NCBI GenBank assembly: GCA_015232565.1
Contig: JADFZK010000003.1
Coordinates: 540 to 64,539 of the forward strand
DNA length: 64,000 nt
Direction of reading: 5' to 3'
Source of the DNA: Candidatus Omnitrophota bacterium
GTDB taxonomy: Bacteria; Omnitrophota; Gorgyraeia; Zapsychrales; Fredricksoniimonadaceae
Part shown: positions 60,601 through 63,600 of the stretch, piece by piece
Position numbering within the stretch: the first letter of the stretch is position 1
How the letters are laid out: each line of letters begins with the position of its first letter
Translations under genes and position numbers: made by a program
The notes under the pieces: generated by a model
The model's input: the letters and a program-made list of their open reading frames with translations, nothing else
Database searches by the model: none
Told to the model about the DNA's origin: nothing

Positions 60601-63600
60601 AACCAATTGGGAGGTGATCCGGTGCCGCGCATCATATGGCGCCTCTTCCTTACTATCGACGATCTTGAATTTTATTTGCCGATCGATCCGGATCAATATC
60701 TTGTCCAGTTTCAACAGCATCAAAGCAAATAACGGCGGAATAATATGACCGTAATGCGGCGGATTGGCGGTAATGCTCCAGAAAAAGATCTTCTTTACCC
60801 GGCGTTCCGTCCCGCCGATGGAACACGGATTTGCCGGACCGTAAAATTTCGTCTTAACCTTGACCCAGGGATGAACAACACCGGAAAGGATCAGTTCCGG
60901 AATGCCTTGATGCACAGTTTGCAAAGCCGCATACACTTTGGATATCAGCGGCTCCGTTTTCTGATCAACCGCCGGATCATGTTCACGGATCGCATGGTCT
61001 ATTTTATCCCAGGCTGCGGTAAGGATCCGGACCTCATGTTTTATAAAAAGGCTGGTCTTCCAGCTTTCCTCAACCACCACTCCCGCACGCGCCAGGGCCT
61101 GGCCTTGAATAAATTTAAGATACTCGGCGAGTTCTTTCGGCATTAGCATCTGGATCAATTTCTGCGCCTGCGCTTCCTCAACCTGCGGCTCCTGATACTC
61201 CGGGAATTTCTTATGTTTCAGCTCGTGCAACAGGTTGTCCCGGACAAACCACCGGGCCATAGCGGCGGAATGCTTTAACAAGCCCGGCAATATATCCAGA
61301 AAAGCCAGATGGATATATAGCTCATTCTCCTCAACATCAATAGCGCAAAGCGCCCCGCCGGTCTTTCCCGCATCACCGGTAATAATGACTGTCAGGTCCA
61401 CCGGCAGAGTGTTGAACTCAAACTGGCCCAGTGCCGCGTTCTGCTCCGGGGTAAGCCGGCTTTCATACTTTCCCTCGGGATCAAGGACCACGCCCGTATC
61501 ATTGCCATCATATTCCGCCAGCAACTTCTTGCTTAAACGATAGGGCGACAACCGCAGGGGGGTCGAGCCCGCCTGCGTTTGTTCATGGGTAGTTACAGGA
61601 ACCAAGGCCAGCAAGCAGTTCAATTGGCCATAAACTTGCCTCAAAAGGTTATCCGGTAATACTGAAGTATTCAGCCGTCCTTCGATCTCGCGCCAACGCG
61701 CGATATCAAAATCATTCAAGGGCTTATTTTGAAGTGTCGGATCCACAAAACTCCTCACCAACAACACAATGCCATACCCCATACTTAAAACAGCGTCTTC
61801 AACACTGGCAGCACGCAAATACTGGTTTTGTAAAATAACATCTAACTCGGATAGCTGATTCTTATAAGCAGCCAGGTCTCCGGCTGTGCGCACATTGGCC
61901 GCCAGTTCAGCGATCAAGGTCACCGCCCGGTTAATCTTTTCAACCGCAATGTCACTAATACCGGTATCGACCCTCGCGATCCCAGCCAAGGCTGCTTTGG
62001 ATATCGGCCATGCCAGGCCTGACAAATCTGGCGCTGGCACATGCGCAGGCGCGACAACTTTCACGGCACTAGTCACAGGCGCAAGAGCGGCGGTCTGACG
62101 ACGCTCCTCCGACGAGACAAGCGGCATTTCCACTATCTCATATTGCTTGCCGGCCAGCACCACAATAACCTGCGACGCCAGATTTAATGCTTCATGAGTT
62201 ATTACAAACGAAACACTGGCAAAACGAATGGCAATGTTTTTATCGGTAAGCGTGATTTCCTGCGAAGCACCATTAGCGCCCTGGACTATGATCTTAACCC
62301 CCATGGCCAGAAGCTGTTCTTTAAGCAAACTGGCAACATCGGCCTGAAGCTTAGCGGCAATACATTGTTCGGAAAGAGTGATGCTGATAGCGTAATTCTT
62401 TACCTCAACGCTCCGCACAGCCTCCGGAGGAGCATTGGGGCTGTGGGCGGCCAGAATAGCCTTTACAATAGCCGCCGGTGACTGGCGAGAACAAAGATCC
62501 TCTGCTTCCTCGATCTCTTTTAACAATGCCGCGGCTTCTGCCATCTGCACCGGGCTGGTAGTTGCCGCCCCCACCAACTCCTCTTCTTTCCCTTTAACTT
62601 TTTTCATATTTCTGCTCAACAAGTCAGCGCGTTCCTTGATGCCGGGCAGTGCTTTTACCAGCGTATCCCGCTTGCCGGTCTCCCGCAACTGTGCTTTCAC
62701 CGTCACGTTATGCCGCATAAGATACCAGATCGTTGCGGCGATCAAGACCAGGCCAAGAACACCCAGGCCCGCCATTCCCCAGATCATCACGCTATGCGTC
62801 AATAATCCGTGTAAAATATAGGTATTGTAAACCAGCGGTGAGATCACCAAAGACACCACCGTGATAGCGACCATCATCCGGCGTACCACGCTCATCGTAT
62901 AATCCAGCGCCGGATTGCTAACCAGATCCCAAAGGCTCAAACGCCAGACCGCCGTCAGCAAGATCGCGGCCGCCGCCACATGCAACAACAAACCTCCCGG
63001 GATCAGCGCGGTCAGCAGGAATGGCACATAGAAAACCAGGAGGCCAGTCAGGGCAGTTGTGGCATACGCCACGGCGCGTTGATTAACAGAATAATTCGAA
63101 TGCCCCCGGTGGGTAGCTATCAGAAAGCTCACGCTAAAGATCGCGAAAATGGCCATAACCGCAAACCCGGCGAAGATACCGCCCGAGAATAACGAATGGC
63201 CTTTAACGGCAAAGGCTGTAAAGAAAAGCCCCAGCATAGCCGCCGCCGCTTTAATGTAGAATACACCCGACGAACAAGGCAGAAGGTCCTTACTGCCATA
63301 AGTATCAAATATCCGCCGGGTAGATTTATTCTTTTCAATAACACCTTGCAGCGCTTTATATATGTCTACTCTGAGGTCTTTTGTCAGTGCCGCTTCCGCA
63401 TCCGTCGGATCGATTTGCACGCGGATCGTATCCGCATTGATCTTTTCAACAAATTGATTTTTCCCGTCAGAAAGCACCTTAAAGATCATACCCAAATTTT
63501 GCCCGGCCGATTCCAGCTGTTGTCGCGAAATAATGCCCTTCTTTAGCACGTCCTTTTCATCTTTCGCTTCAATAATGTCCTTCACCACTTTATATAATTC

